NCBI GenBank assembly: GCA_020724885.1
Contig: DYGD01000002.1
Span: forward strand, 3,038 to 67,037
DNA length: 64,000 nucleotides
Source: Candidatus Paceibacter sp.
GTDB lineage: Bacteria; Patescibacteriota; Minisyncoccia; Phycocordibacterales; BOKC01
Reading direction: 5' to 3'
This document shows positions 20,853-31,149 of this stretch, piece after piece (the first letter of the stretch is position 1; each line of letters starts with the position of its first letter). Under the pieces are notes generated by a model that saw only the letters and a list, made by a program, of their open reading frames with translations, was not told where the DNA came from and searched no databases. The position numbers and the translations under genes are program-made.

Positions 20853-21275
20853 TTACTTCAACTCCACTTTACCTCCCGCTTCTTCCACTTTCTTCTTAAT
20901 TTCTTCCGCCTCTTCTTTCTTTACCCCTTCTTTTAGAACCTTTGGAGCGCCGTCAACCAAATCCTTTGCTTCTTTCAAACCAAGCCCCAGGACTTCCTTT
21001 ACTACCTTTATAACGGCAATCTTCTGAGCGCCACCGTCAACAAGCTCAACGTTGAAAGATGACTTCTCTTCAGCTCCGGCGGCACCCCCAGCTCCTGGAG
21101 CAGCTACCGCCACCGCAGCCGCTGAAACTCCGAATTTTTTCTCAAACAATTTGACTAGCTCGTTGAGATCCAAAACAGACATTTTTTCAATAGATTCAAC
21201 TACTGTTTTGAATTTTTCTGGAACTTCAACTTGAGTTTCTTCCTCTTTTTTTTCTTCTTTATTTTCTTCAGACAT
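20853..21275 (-). CDS. rplL: 50S ribosomal protein L7/L12
   Basis: Ala-rich hinge [20 protein letters not shown] and C-terminal [23 protein letters not shown]. Confidence 0.9.
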   Translation of the reverse strand: MSEENKEEKKEEETQVEVPEKFKTVVESIEKMSVLDLNELVKLFEKKFGVSAAAVAVAAPGAGGAAGAEEKSSFNVELVDGGAQKIAVIKVVKEVLGLGLKEAKDLVDGAPKVLKEGVKKEEAEEIKKKVEEAGGKVELK

Positions 21276-21308
21276 GTTTTTTACTTTAAATTAATTACTT
21301 GTTAATAA

Positions 21309-21800
21309 CTATTCCCTGCCTTCCGCGATTTTGCTAATTGCTATCGCCAAGCCCTGTATAGGTGAATTGATAACGTTTACAAACTGCGCATAAAGAGTTT
21401 GCTTTGACGGAATCTTGGAAAGAGAGACCATTTCTTCTTGGCCCAAAAGTCGGCCTTCAAAAATTCCACCTGTTATCGAAAACTTATCTTTGTACTCTTT
21501 CTGGACGGCGTTTGTCTGTCGCCCCGCCTCAAGCGGTTCAACGTCTTTGGCATAAACCAAGCTAATTTCCCCCGGAAGTTCCGGAATCTCCCTAAAACCG
21601 CTTTCAGTCAAGGCCTTTTTGACCAGAGTTTTCTTCGCCACACGATAGGAGACGCCTGCTTCTTTCATTTTTCTCCTTAAAGAAGTCGTCTCCGTTACAT
21701 TTAATCCATGGAAATTAGTGAAAACCACCTCCGCCCCAGAAGCGAAAATCTTTTTCAAATCTTCAATAACAGAAAACTTTTTTTGCTTTGATACAGCCAC
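21309..21800 (-). CDS. rplJ: 50S ribosomal protein L10
   Basis: L10 family N-terminal region; immediately upstream of rplL. Confidence 0.85.
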   Translation of the reverse strand: MAVSKQKKFSVIEDLKKIFASGAEVVFTNFHGLNVTETTSLRRKMKEAGVSYRVAKKTLVKKALTESGFREIPELPGEISLVYAKDVEPLEAGRQTNAVQKEYKDKFSITGGIFEGRLLGQEEMVSLSKIPSKQTLYAQFVNVINSPIQGLAIAISKIAEGRE

Positions 21801-22080
21801 GAATAATACAATTTTAAATTAAATAACAGCTCGACCTTTTCTAATCCTTTATAATCAAGGCCGAAAACAAAAAAGAAATAACCTCGAGAGGGCTTGTTGC
21901 GAGCTTCGCTCGCATGCCTCTTGTCTTTGGCCTTATGTTTCCAATTATACAGAAAAACCTAATCTGGTCAAATTTAAACAGACAGGATAAAAATTATAAC
22001 TATACTGGCCGAGATGATTAGAAGAAAGCCGGCCAAAAAACGAAAAAAGGATCTGCTGAAATATTTCTTCATTTCAACCT

Positions 22081-22902
22081 CTAGTATACTATCTCAAACT
22101 CCCTACGGAAAGACCCACCCGGGCCGCCATGCTGTGTCGGCAAGGTGTGTTGGATGTTGGCCTCATCAACCGCACGAACCGCTTTGTTATTCAAAAAGAT
22201 TTTGGCGTCAAAAAGTTCTCCGGCAGCAGTATTTTCTCCTCGGGGCTTAACATAGACCGCAAATGTCCTCGAGCTATTTCTCGGAATAACATAAGAAAAG
22301 CCACCAAAACGGAGAGTGTATTCTCCTCTTACATCTTCAAAAAAGTCACCCGGTTTCGGGTCAATACTCACCAATGTCTTGCCACCAGCTACCAAAGTGA
22401 TCTCTTCAGCGTAGCGCCAAATTTTTTTGTCAAAGGTAACATCAACACGTCTAACCTCAATATCAGAACGCATCGGTTTAACCACAAAAGACAGCAGGGT
22501 GCTTCTGAAACTATTGCCAATATTCATTCTTACCGAATAAGCACTGTAACTTGGCTCCAACACCACCACAGCTTCACGGCTGGAAATTGGCGGTGCAAAA
22601 CCTTGCCCCGAAAAAATGCCCAGAACCTGGCCTTGAGGATAAAACTGCACAAAATTCAGCGACGCCTCTTGAATAAGAGAATTGAGAACTATAGAGATTC
22701 TCTGAATTTCCGGCTTGGCCGATTCAGGAGTTATCCTGCCTGATTGAATATCGTTGCTTAAATTTGCCAACATCAAAGAGACAACCCCCAATTCTCTTTG
22801 AAGTTCGGATAGAGAAATTGTGGCTTCTGCCTTTTTAGAATCAAAAGATACGAAAACTACAAAAATGGCCAAAAACAAAGTTAATTTTCCTAAATTTTCC
22901 AT
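22081..22902 (-). CDS. Secreted hypothetical protein
   Basis: Signal peptide MENLGKLTLFLAIFVVFVSFDSKKAEA. Confidence 0.5.
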   Translation of the reverse strand: MENLGKLTLFLAIFVVFVSFDSKKAEATISLSELQRELGVVSLMLANLSNDIQSGRITPESAKPEIQRISIVLNSLIQEASLNFVQFYPQGQVLGIFSGQGFAPPISSREAVVVLEPSYSAYSVRMNIGNSFRSTLLSFVVKPMRSDIEVRRVDVTFDKKIWRYAEEITLVAGGKTLVSIDPKPGDFFEDVRGEYTLRFGGFSYVIPRNSSRTFAVYVKPRGENTAAGELFDAKIFLNNKAVRAVDEANIQHTLPTQHGGPGGSFRREFEIVY

Positions 22903-22967
22903 AATTTACATTATACACCATCAGAGATAAAAAGTCAATTTTGAAGACGAAATGCGATAAAATTCAA

Positions 22968-23010
22968 CGCACAAAACCCCCGCTTGAGCGGGGGTTTTGT
23001 GCGTTTTTTC
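22968..23010. terminator. Rho-independent terminator (16-bp stem cgcacaaaacccccgc / gcgggggttttgtgcg plus TTTTTT)
   Basis: Perfect hairpin read from sequence, followed by ttttttc on plus; A-run upstream makes it potentially bidirectional. Confidence 0.7.
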
Positions 23011-23040
23011 TTTCACAAGCGAACAACAAATTTTATTGAT

Positions 23041-24285
23041 CTATTTTCCGTTTTTCTTTTTGAAAAGCCAGAAAACCACAAGCGCGACAACAATGGCTAG
23101 AATGATCCAAACCCAGAGAGAATTCCTTTTCCCACCGCTTTCGTTATCACCAGTCACGTTTTCAGACAGACCTTCCTGCGACAACACTTCTTCTTCAATT
23201 GGAGCTCCCTCGTTTAAAACTTGGGCTTCAACAAATTCCCCCAAAACAGAACCCGATTCTATCGTTGAGCCAGAATCCGGTATCTGTGCCAGTTTTTTAT
23301 CAAGTTCTGACTGGAGCAGAGCTATAAGTTGACTTAATAAATCAATCAAATCTGAACGAATTTCGTCCAAATAATCTCCGGAGTATGCGCCCAGGACAGA
23401 CCCGCCAGGATTAAAAGCGAAACCACCGGAACTAGAAGAACCGCCACCCGAAGAACCGCTATCGCCGTCGCCATCACCGCCATCATCATCGTCATCGTTA
23501 GAACCGCCACCCTTGCCGTCATCAATTTCTATCCCATCAACCGGCCCGTCTGCCTCACCGTCTTCGCTGCCACCTGGATCAGGAAAGACATACTCCATTC
23601 CGTCTCTGCAATCCTGCCAGACGACTAGGAAATAATCCAGGTCGTCTGATTCTAAAGAACCACTTTCGTTAAAATCAGCCGATTTTTCACCGGCATTATA
23701 GGCATTAAGAAAAGCTAAGATATCCAAAGAATTATAGACCCCATCGCCGTTAAAATCTGCTCGCAGGCAGTCCTTGCAATCAATCCATGAATCTAAGAAT
23801 AGGTGAAAATCGGCTTCATCTACAACCCCATTCCCATCCATATCTGTGGACAAATCCTCCACGTTCCAAGCATTCAGAAAATCCAGAATATCCCTGGAAT
23901 CAACCACCAAATCTCCGTTAAAGTCAGCCACAAAACACTGCGATGGCAGTTCTTCATCCTCTTCTCCACTACCTCCACCCAAAACGGGGTTTGTAATCAC
24001 AGAAGCTACAGGTGGTGGTTCTGATAGATTGGTATCCGAATCAAATCCCTCTTGATCAATTGTTCCGACTGGCAACTCTGGCGATCCGAAAAGATCTTCT
24101 TGTTGCTCGCTGTCTGTCAAGATCTGTGATTCTTCTATCGCTGATATCGCCAACTCAACAGGTGTCAATTCTGCGGTCTTGTCTGGGGCAACTGACGACA
24201 GTTCCGCTCCCGAAAATGCTGGCAATGAGACAACCGAAAGAGCCACAACAAAGAAAATCGCTAGCTTAAATTTTTTATCTTTCAT
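23041..24285 (-). CDS. Cell-surface protein with four dockerin-like Ca-binding repeats, acidic G/S/D-rich linker and C-terminal TM anchor
   Basis: Signal peptide; repeats ADFNGDLVVDSRDILDFLNAW, DMDGNGVVDEADFHLFLDSW, ADFNGDGVYNSLDILAFLNAY, ADFNESGSLESDDLDYFLVVW; C-terminal WVWIILAIVVALVVFWLFKKKNGK. Confidence 0.6.
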   Translation of the reverse strand: MKDKKFKLAIFFVVALSVVSLPAFSGAELSSVAPDKTAELTPVELAISAIEESQILTDSEQQEDLFGSPELPVGTIDQEGFDSDTNLSEPPPVASVITNPVLGGGSGEEDEELPSQCFVADFNGDLVVDSRDILDFLNAWNVEDLSTDMDGNGVVDEADFHLFLDSWIDCKDCLRADFNGDGVYNSLDILAFLNAYNAGEKSADFNESGSLESDDLDYFLVVWQDCRDGMEYVFPDPGGSEDGEADGPVDGIEIDDGKGGGSNDDDDDGGDGDGDSGSSGGGSSSSGGFAFNPGGSVLGAYSGDYLDEIRSDLIDLLSQLIALLQSELDKKLAQIPDSGSTIESGSVLGEFVEAQVLNEGAPIEEEVLSQEGLSENVTGDNESGGKRNSLWVWIILAIVVALVVFWLFKKKNGK

Positions 24286-24470
24286 AATTTTTAGTGTGCT
24301 AATAATAATTTCTACTTTTCCCTTAATGAGCCAGAGACGAACCAGCTCAATTCAAAAAGGGCACTATCAATAAAGACCACTTTTACATTAAAGCAAATGG
24401 CAAAAAAAATCAACTATGGGGGTATTGCCGAGATTATAGAAGACCGCTATTCAGGTAAGGTTTCAAAAAC

Positions 24471-24498
24471 AAAAAACCCCGCTTTCGCGGGGTTTTTT
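24471..24498. terminator. Terminator hairpin aaaaaaccccgc-tttc-gcggggtttttt
   Basis: Perfect stem with flanking A/T runs on both sides. Confidence 0.65.
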
Positions 24499-24506
24499 GT
24501 TGGCCA

Positions 24507-24539
24507 CAGCCACGATTTTGCTTCGCAAAATCGTGGCTG
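24507..24539. terminator. Second tandem hairpin (15-bp stem cagccacgattttgc / gcaaaatcgtggctg, 3-nt loop)
   Basis: Perfect inverted repeat read from sequence. Confidence 0.4.
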
Positions 24540-24594
24540 GGCTTTGGCTTAGAACGCCCTTACAGAGAACGAGCTAAGCGCGAATTCCAAAGCT

Positions 24595-26643
24595 TTACGG
24601 GAAGGTTACATCAGATGTCCTCCAGTCAGATTCTCCGTCCATGAAGGTTGCGTTCGCGACGCTTGTTTCGCCAGCTGCTACCCAGTTTGCTCTTGAGAAT
24701 TGCATTGCATACAATCCCGAAGTAAACGCGGTTCCAGCAGAAGTTCTACCTTGCAGTTGAGCGGTGATATCAAAAGATATCGTAGTTCCTTCGCTCAATC
24801 GGCAAGTGTTTGTTCCTTCAGAGACGCACTGTGAAGGAAGAGTGTAGGCGGTTGAAGTCGCGGCAGAACTTAATGTGGCATCATGAGCGCCGTTTCTGTA
24901 AACCTTGAAGCTCGGAGTTACGTCAGAACCGCTTGAGAAGAACGGTGCTGTGGTTGAGGCCGGGCCTCCGATCAAAACATCGCCTCCTCTGGCAGTTACT
25001 GAAACCCTAAAGGTTGCAGTAATCGTGGAAGTTGACAAGCTATCCCCGCTACTACCTTGAGGTACTCCCGAAGTTGTCACGCTCCTTGAACTCAAAGAGA
25101 TCTCCAGACCAACATTTCTGACAGATTGAGTGAAGCCGGTTACGGTTCCAGACATAGAAGCGTTATCTCCTTTTGAGTTTTCAGCAACAACTGCGTTAGC
25201 CCCAGAAGTTGAAACCGTGCCGTGGAAAGTGGCCGGGGTTGCGTCAGCATTCCTGACATCAATCTTTACAGTAAGGGTCTTGGTTGAATCTTTAGGAATT
25301 ACAAAATCAATGTCAGAGAAAGTGGCAACACTGCTTGTAACCGAAGCGCTGTCTATTTCGGTATTACCGTCATAAAGATAAGCGGTCTGCGCTGTTGCGG
25401 CGCCAGCACCACCCTTTACTACTCCGACCGGAAGGTCAGTGATGGTAATATCGTCTTTTTCGGCTTTAACGTCAAACGAGAACAAAGTCATTTTGTCTAA
25501 CTCATCATCGTTTGAACCGTCAGAAGCAACGACTTCGGCTTTCTTTGCAGAGTTGGCGTTCAAAGACACTTTCAAAGTGGCTGAATCAGACAAGGCCTTT
25601 GACAAGGTGACTGTTCTTGAGACATCAGAGCCGGTTGACGGGCTGTATTGGTTGATACCGGCTCCATCAACACCTCTTACTCCGTCGTTGGCCAATCTAA
25701 CTCTGCCTCTAGCTGAATCAGCATTGATGTTAGTTACATCGCTGGAATCAAAAGTTCCGTGGGTGTCAGCTTTGATAACAAGAGTCCTTGAATTGCCAAC
25801 TGGTACCAGAAGATTGAAGCCGGTGATTGTGACATAGTAGGTGCTTCCTTCTTTAACAACATTTGAAGAATTCAAGTCAAAAGAAGTCAAAACATTGCTT
25901 CCGTCAGTAACATGAAATCTTCTGTAGATTTTGTTGTAGATTTCGGTGTTAGTTCCAAGATCCAACTTTACTCTTTGAACCGCAATGTCAGAATTCTTTG
26001 CTTCAATTTTCATTCCAAGAATAGGAGCCATTGTGTCTCCTTCATACAAGGTTGAGATCAACCCGGCATTTGAAGAAGAAACGGTCAATGTTCCTTCAAC
26101 TCCCGGAGTAGTGATTCCGGTAGAACCACCGGTAGTTTCTTGTTCACATCTGAAACCTGCTGGTTGCAAAGGAACTTCAACAAATCCGGCTGGACAATTT
26201 CCACTTCCGCTTCCGCTTGAACCAGATCCAGAGCTAGAACCCGCTACATCGGCATATCTTGCCCGTGAGATTGGTCCGAAGAATCCAACGGCCGGAGAAA
26301 CTCCATTAGCGGCTTGCCATGCGGCAACAGCAGCTTGAGTTTGGCTTCCGAAATATCCGGTAGCCCCGGCTGGAATACTGAATCCAGCGCTAATAAGGTA
26401 GTTCTGCAAGCAAGTTACATCGGCTCCACTTGAGCCAACAGTCAAGCTTCTAGAGAAGGAGCAAGCGCCTGAAGAACCGGAGCCACCCCCTTGCAGAGCT
26501 GCTAGTTGCGACTGCAGTTGCGCAATCAACGCCTTCAGATCATCAACTGTCTGAGCTTGAGCGTCGTTTGTGGCGACTCCAATGGCGCCAAAGACCATCA
26601 CGAGACCCAACAAACCTGCGACTATTTTAAATTTTAAACTCAT
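24595..26643 (-). CDS. Large secreted Ser/Thr/Gly-rich protein with putative peptidoglycan-binding (PG_binding_1-like) domain
   Basis: Signal peptide, coiled segment LKALIAQLQSQLAALQ, CLQNYLISAGF...GYFGSQTQAAVAAWQAANG motif, long low-complexity beta-rich region. Confidence 0.5.
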   Translation of the reverse strand: MSLKFKIVAGLLGLVMVFGAIGVATNDAQAQTVDDLKALIAQLQSQLAALQGGGSGSSGACSFSRSLTVGSSGADVTCLQNYLISAGFSIPAGATGYFGSQTQAAVAAWQAANGVSPAVGFFGPISRARYADVAGSSSGSGSSGSGSGNCPAGFVEVPLQPAGFRCEQETTGGSTGITTPGVEGTLTVSSSNAGLISTLYEGDTMAPILGMKIEAKNSDIAVQRVKLDLGTNTEIYNKIYRRFHVTDGSNVLTSFDLNSSNVVKEGSTYYVTITGFNLLVPVGNSRTLVIKADTHGTFDSSDVTNINADSARGRVRLANDGVRGVDGAGINQYSPSTGSDVSRTVTLSKALSDSATLKVSLNANSAKKAEVVASDGSNDDELDKMTLFSFDVKAEKDDITITDLPVGVVKGGAGAATAQTAYLYDGNTEIDSASVTSSVATFSDIDFVIPKDSTKTLTVKIDVRNADATPATFHGTVSTSGANAVVAENSKGDNASMSGTVTGFTQSVRNVGLEISLSSRSVTTSGVPQGSSGDSLSTSTITATFRVSVTARGGDVLIGGPASTTAPFFSSGSDVTPSFKVYRNGAHDATLSSAATSTAYTLPSQCVSEGTNTCRLSEGTTISFDITAQLQGRTSAGTAFTSGLYAMQFSRANWVAAGETSVANATFMDGESDWRTSDVTFP

Positions 26644-26753
26644 TTTTAATAATTATTCTCTCTCCGTTTACTGATAAAGTTTTTGGAGAGAAACTTATAA
26701 CTAATAACTAACCGAACTTCGACAAAAGCCCGGCTTTGTGCTGATAAATTTCC

Positions 26754-26803
26754 TTTCCAGCACCAGTTTTGGGTTCGCGCGAACCCAAAACTGGTGCTGG
26801 AAA
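26754..26803. repeat. 50-nt perfect palindrome (tttccagcaccagttttgggttcgc|gcgaacccaaaactggtgctggaaa)
   Basis: Read directly; lies in a ~700-nt non-coding AT-rich region between two minus-strand genes. Confidence 0.8.
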
Positions 26804-27345
26804 CTGACTAATAATTTTTAACTAATTTTTAGATTTTCTCGACTTAAGCAAATCTAAAAAAATTAGTTTACAAATTTTTAACTGAAATCCAGAAGATCAG
26901 TAATTAAGCAGAGTCAACGGTCATTTCAGAAAATTTTAATTAACAATTTTTAATTTTTCAGAATATTTAATTTTCAAAGGACACAACCATTCAGCCCGCC
27001 AGTAATCCTCTAAATAAACAAGACCAATCAGGCAAACAATTAAGACGTTGGCGACTTGCATTACTTACAGAATTCACAATCTTCTTGACGCATCCAACAC
27101 AAAACCAGTATATCACAAAATACGCCAAAAACAAGCAGTGCGGCAAAAACTGTCCGAACTTAAATCCTTGCTAAATTTTACACCAAGAAGGTTGCTATAT
27201 CCAAAAGATTTAGTGTGGATAACTTAAAGATAACTTAAACTAGGGTTCAGGGTTTAGCCACTAACCAATAGGGAAGCACAAGTGGAACCTTCTGCTACTA
27301 GTCGCCAGTGGCTAGTGGCTAAATCCTAGTCGACAGTGGCTAGCC

Positions 27346-28218
27346 CTAGAGATTCAATGAATACCTACTCCAACGACGCTCCCCTTCTTTCTTCAAAACT
27401 CCGCCATTTACCATCAAAATAAGCTCTCTTTGTATAGTTTTTTCACTACAGTCCTTTATTTTGTCTGATATGTCCTTTATAGATGCTTCTTTGATGTCTT
27501 TTATCACATCTAGAATTTTAATTTGTCTTTTATTTTTTCTGTCTTTCTTTTCAACCCTATTCATTAAATGCCCATTATCCACAACCTTGCGCGTCGGAAC
27601 AGCCAGGTTGTCTAATGGATCTCCATAGTCAATCTTTTTCAGATCTTTTCCAATATCCAAACCCGACAACTTAGCGCCAGATGATTCATTCCGTGAATTA
27701 AAATCAGACGGACCCTCCGGAGACAAATCTAAAGCTTCCTCTTCTATTTCTAAGCCATCTACGTAAGATCTGGCTAATTCAAAAAGCTTTTCCAACTCAC
27801 TTTTTATAACTCTAAAATTCATTTCAGAAACAAGTCCGGAAAGAAAAGACGTCTCTAACAAAGAAGAGATCTTTAAGAGATCCGACCTCCAAATCTCCAA
27901 CCATTGTTTTTTGCCATTTTTTACAACTCCGTTTTTAATAGAAGAAGAAGAATTTAAAATCCCCAACGCGCTCTTCTTAAGGCCGATCCTTAACGGCTCA
28001 CCGGTGTCCAATAGACCCGTCAAAAGATAGACAGCCGATACAACCCTTACTGTCTTTTTGTGGAACGAAGAAAGTTTATCGTCCTTTAGATTTATTAATC
28101 TGTCCTTTAAAGAAATCTGATTTCCGCCTTCGTAATTAAGGGTATTTTCTGGGTATCTTTTTATTTGTCCTTTTTCTGACATATTGTGTCCTTTTAAAAA
28201 GCTCTGGTAAAAAAACAA
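27346..28218 (-). CDS. Hypothetical protein with C-terminal winged-HTH DNA-binding domain
   Basis: C-terminal ILDVIKDIKEASIKDISDKIKDCSEKTIQRELILMVNGGVLKKEGERRW; divergent from ftsK. Confidence 0.4.
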   Translation of the reverse strand: MFFYQSFLKGHNMSEKGQIKRYPENTLNYEGGNQISLKDRLINLKDDKLSSFHKKTVRVVSAVYLLTGLLDTGEPLRIGLKKSALGILNSSSSIKNGVVKNGKKQWLEIWRSDLLKISSLLETSFLSGLVSEMNFRVIKSELEKLFELARSYVDGLEIEEEALDLSPEGPSDFNSRNESSGAKLSGLDIGKDLKKIDYGDPLDNLAVPTRKVVDNGHLMNRVEKKDRKNKRQIKILDVIKDIKEASIKDISDKIKDCSEKTIQRELILMVNGGVLKKEGERRWSRYSLNL

Positions 28219-28484
28219 ATGTCTTTTTAAATTTTTGGAAACTTTGAAAAAGACATTATATTCATAAAAGACAACAATTGCAAGGTTTCATCTTAATCCT
28301 ATAAAAAAGCCTGCTCCGACCGAGTGCATGATTAAAGATTTCGCCTTATCGCAGGGCAATCACACAGGAATCTAAAAGATAAAAAGATGAATAGATCACG
28401 GGTCCGGAGCCGAATCCGTGTGGGGTTTTGTGTGTTATCATTGTATTGATTATCTAAAATGTTTAAACCAAAAAATATTTTAAA

Positions 28485-30695
28485 ATGGGCAAAAAAAGGA
28501 AGAAAAACATTAAACGAGATTCGGAAAGATATTCATTTATCCGGACAGAAACATTCCAAAGTATATTAGCGGTCTTAATGTTTGTTGCCGCAATTTTCAT
28601 CTCTTTGGCTTTTTTTGGAAAAGCCGGAGTGGTTGGTGCCACTGTCGCAAAAATACTAAAACCTTTACTCGGGTGGGGTTATTTTATTTTGCCACTGATA
28701 TTCATCATTATCGGAGCGTCTTTCCTACTATCCGTTCAGAAGAGAATCGCCCTACCTCAAATTCTAGGGGGCGTGTTGTTTTTTCTCTCTGGTATGGGGG
28801 CGCTGGAGATAATTTTTGAAGATAAGGGTGGAAAAATCGGTGGATTAGTAGCTGCCCCCACGTTAAAACTTTTTGATGTTTTGGTGGCAACGATTTTATT
28901 GTTTTCGCTTATCATCATATCTCTAATTATTATCTTTGAATCAAAACTGAGATTTCTATACTTTCTGAATCTTTTTGTAAACCTAAAGAAGTTCTTTTCT
29001 AAAGATAAAGGGGAAAGTGACCACGAGATTGATAATGTCAAAATCAATGGAAATGTTGAAACCCAGAATGCAGAGAACGACCAAGACGAAAACGAAAACT
29101 CAAAACAAATAAAAGAAAGTCCCAAGAAAGACGGGGATAAAAAATCTGCTGCCAGCAAAAAAACCGATGACGACATTTCCATCAATCTCAACAAAGTCAG
29201 TATAAGTGGGATGGTTTACAAGGCGCCGACACTCGACCTCTTGTCCCGTGATACCGGCAAGCCGGGTGTCGGCGACATTAAGGCCAACGCAAATATCATT
29301 AAAAGAACGCTCCAGAATTTCGGTATCCATGTGGAGATGGACGAAATAACGATTGGACCAACCGTTACTCGCTACGCCTTAAAGCCGGCTGAAGGCGTTA
29401 AACTTTCCAGGATTGTCGGACTGCAAAACGACTTGGCTCTGGCTCTAGCCGCCCATCCAATTAGAATAGAAGCCCCAATTCCGGGCAAATCGCTGGTTGG
29501 AATTGAAATACCGAACAGCATAAAAACCACAGTTGGTCTTGGCAGTATTCTTTCCGAAAAAGATTTTCAAAACTCTCCGAAACCTCTTTTCATCGCCTTG
29601 GGCAAAGCAATCTCGGGTAAAGCCCACTTTGATGATGTCGCCAGAATGCCACACCTGCTTATCGCCGGTGCAACCGGTAGTGGCAAAAGCGTGATGGTCC
29701 ATTCGCTTATCACTTCCCTGCTTTACAGAAATTCTCCAGAAAATTTGAAACTTATTCTGATTGACCCAAAAAGAGTGGAACTAACTTTATACAACAAAAT
29801 TCCGCACCTTCTAACTCCGGTTTTGACCGATCCCAAAAAAGCTATACTAGCTCTGAAATGGGCGGCTAAAGAGATGGATCGGCGCTACGATATTTTGGAA
29901 GCCGAAAAGGTCAGAGACATCGGTTCTTACCACAAAAATGTCTTGGAGCCGGCTTTGAAAAAACAAAAGGGTGGGGCCGGTGACACTGATTTGCCGGAAG
30001 CAATGCCTTATATTGTTGTCGTCATAGACGAATTGGCCGACATAATGACCAATTACCCGCGTGAAATGGAAGCGGCCGTGGTCCGTTTGGCGCAAATGTC
30101 CAGAGCGGTCGGCATTCACCTTGTTTTATCCACCCAGAGACCTTCAGTCAATGTCATCACCGGACTTATAAAAGCCAACATCCCGACAAGAATAGCGCTC
30201 CAGGTCGCCAGCCAGATTGACTCCCGCACTATTCTTGATATGGCTGGAGCAGAAAAACTCTTGGGGGCCGGCGATATGCTGTTCCTCTCAAGCGAAATGT
30301 CAAAGCCACACAGAATTCAAACGGCATACATTTCGGAAACAGAAGTAAAAGAAGTCGTCAAATTTATATCTGAAAATAATCCAAGCGACGGTATGTCTTT
30401 AGATATCAACCTTGAGACAGCCCAGAGCGCCGTTGAAATTGGCACCGACGGAGGCGACGGCGAGGAGGATGATCTCTACGAAGAAGCCCGAGAGCTGGTC
30501 TTAAAGGCAGGCAAGGCCTCTACTTCTTATCTGCAAAGACGTCTAAGAATCGGCTATGCCAGGGCCGCCCGGTTGATTGATATGTTAGAAGAAAGAGGTG
30601 TGGTCGGCGCCGGTGAGGGCTCAAAACCGCGCGAAGTTTTGTCAGCAAACAATGGCGGTCAGGTGCCAGAAGAAGATGACCTTCAATATAATTAA
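28485..30695 (+). CDS. ftsK: DNA translocase FtsK/SpoIIIE
   Basis: N-terminal TM segments, Walker A AGATGSGKS, Walker B VVVIDELAD, C-terminal gamma wHTH (STSYLQRRLRIGYARAARLIDMLEE). Confidence 0.9.
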   Translation: MGKKRKKNIKRDSERYSFIRTETFQSILAVLMFVAAIFISLAFFGKAGVVGATVAKILKPLLGWGYFILPLIFIIIGASFLLSVQKRIALPQILGGVLFFLSGMGALEIIFEDKGGKIGGLVAAPTLKLFDVLVATILLFSLIIISLIIIFESKLRFLYFLNLFVNLKKFFSKDKGESDHEIDNVKINGNVETQNAENDQDENENSKQIKESPKKDGDKKSAASKKTDDDISINLNKVSISGMVYKAPTLDLLSRDTGKPGVGDIKANANIIKRTLQNFGIHVEMDEITIGPTVTRYALKPAEGVKLSRIVGLQNDLALALAAHPIRIEAPIPGKSLVGIEIPNSIKTTVGLGSILSEKDFQNSPKPLFIALGKAISGKAHFDDVARMPHLLIAGATGSGKSVMVHSLITSLLYRNSPENLKLILIDPKRVELTLYNKIPHLLTPVLTDPKKAILALKWAAKEMDRRYDILEAEKVRDIGSYHKNVLEPALKKQKGGAGDTDLPEAMPYIVVVIDELADIMTNYPREMEAAVVRLAQMSRAVGIHLVLSTQRPSVNVITGLIKANIPTRIALQVASQIDSRTILDMAGAEKLLGAGDMLFLSSEMSKPHRIQTAYISETEVKEVVKFISENNPSDGMSLDINLETAQSAVEIGTDGGDGEEDDLYEEARELVLKAGKASTSYLQRRLRIGYARAARLIDMLEERGVVGAGEGSKPREVLSANNGGQVPEEDDLQYN

Positions 30696-30696
30696 A

Positions 30697-31074
30697 ATGA
30701 ATAGAGGTAAAGATTTCCAAGTAAAAAATGCTCTGACGCTCTTGTTTATTTTAATAATCGCCGGCTATTCCCTCTTTGAGGCCAGAGGTATAATTAGCGG
30801 GCCATCATTAGAAGTCCACGAACCAAAAAATGGCAGCGGATTTAAACAAAGCTTGATGACAGTTTCCGGCACGGCAAAAAAAATAGTTTTTTTAAGCATA
30901 AACGATCATCCGACTTCAACCGATGAAAAAGGCGGGTTTGAGGAGAGGGTTCTTTTGGCGCCGGGATACAATACCCTAAAAGTAAAAGTCGAGGACAGGT
31001 TGGGGCGAGAAAAGATAAAAATATACGAATTGGTGTATAATTTAGAAAATAACACGACACTAATCCACGAATGA
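30697..31074 (+). CDS. Small membrane-anchored hypothetical protein (start re-assigned to ATG just after ftsK stop)
   Basis: TM LTLLFILIIAGYSLF then soluble domain; ORF-track start at 30598 would overlap ftsK. Confidence 0.4.
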   Translation: MNRGKDFQVKNALTLLFILIIAGYSLFEARGIISGPSLEVHEPKNGSGFKQSLMTVSGTAKKIVFLSINDHPTSTDEKGGFEERVLLAPGYNTLKVKVEDRLGREKIKIYELVYNLENNTTLIHE

Positions 31075-31149
31075 GCACGAATAACGCGAATAGAAATTTG
31101 TGTCATTCGTCTGCCGAAGGCGGGCAGGTAAATTTGTGTCAAGATAATT

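Noticed and set aside
19728-27222. Two perfect DnaA boxes (TGTGGATAA) as replication origin
   Set aside because: Isolated single boxes, no dnaA/dnaN nearby, and frequency compatible with chance in 64 kb. Noted only as context for the 26650-27345 region.
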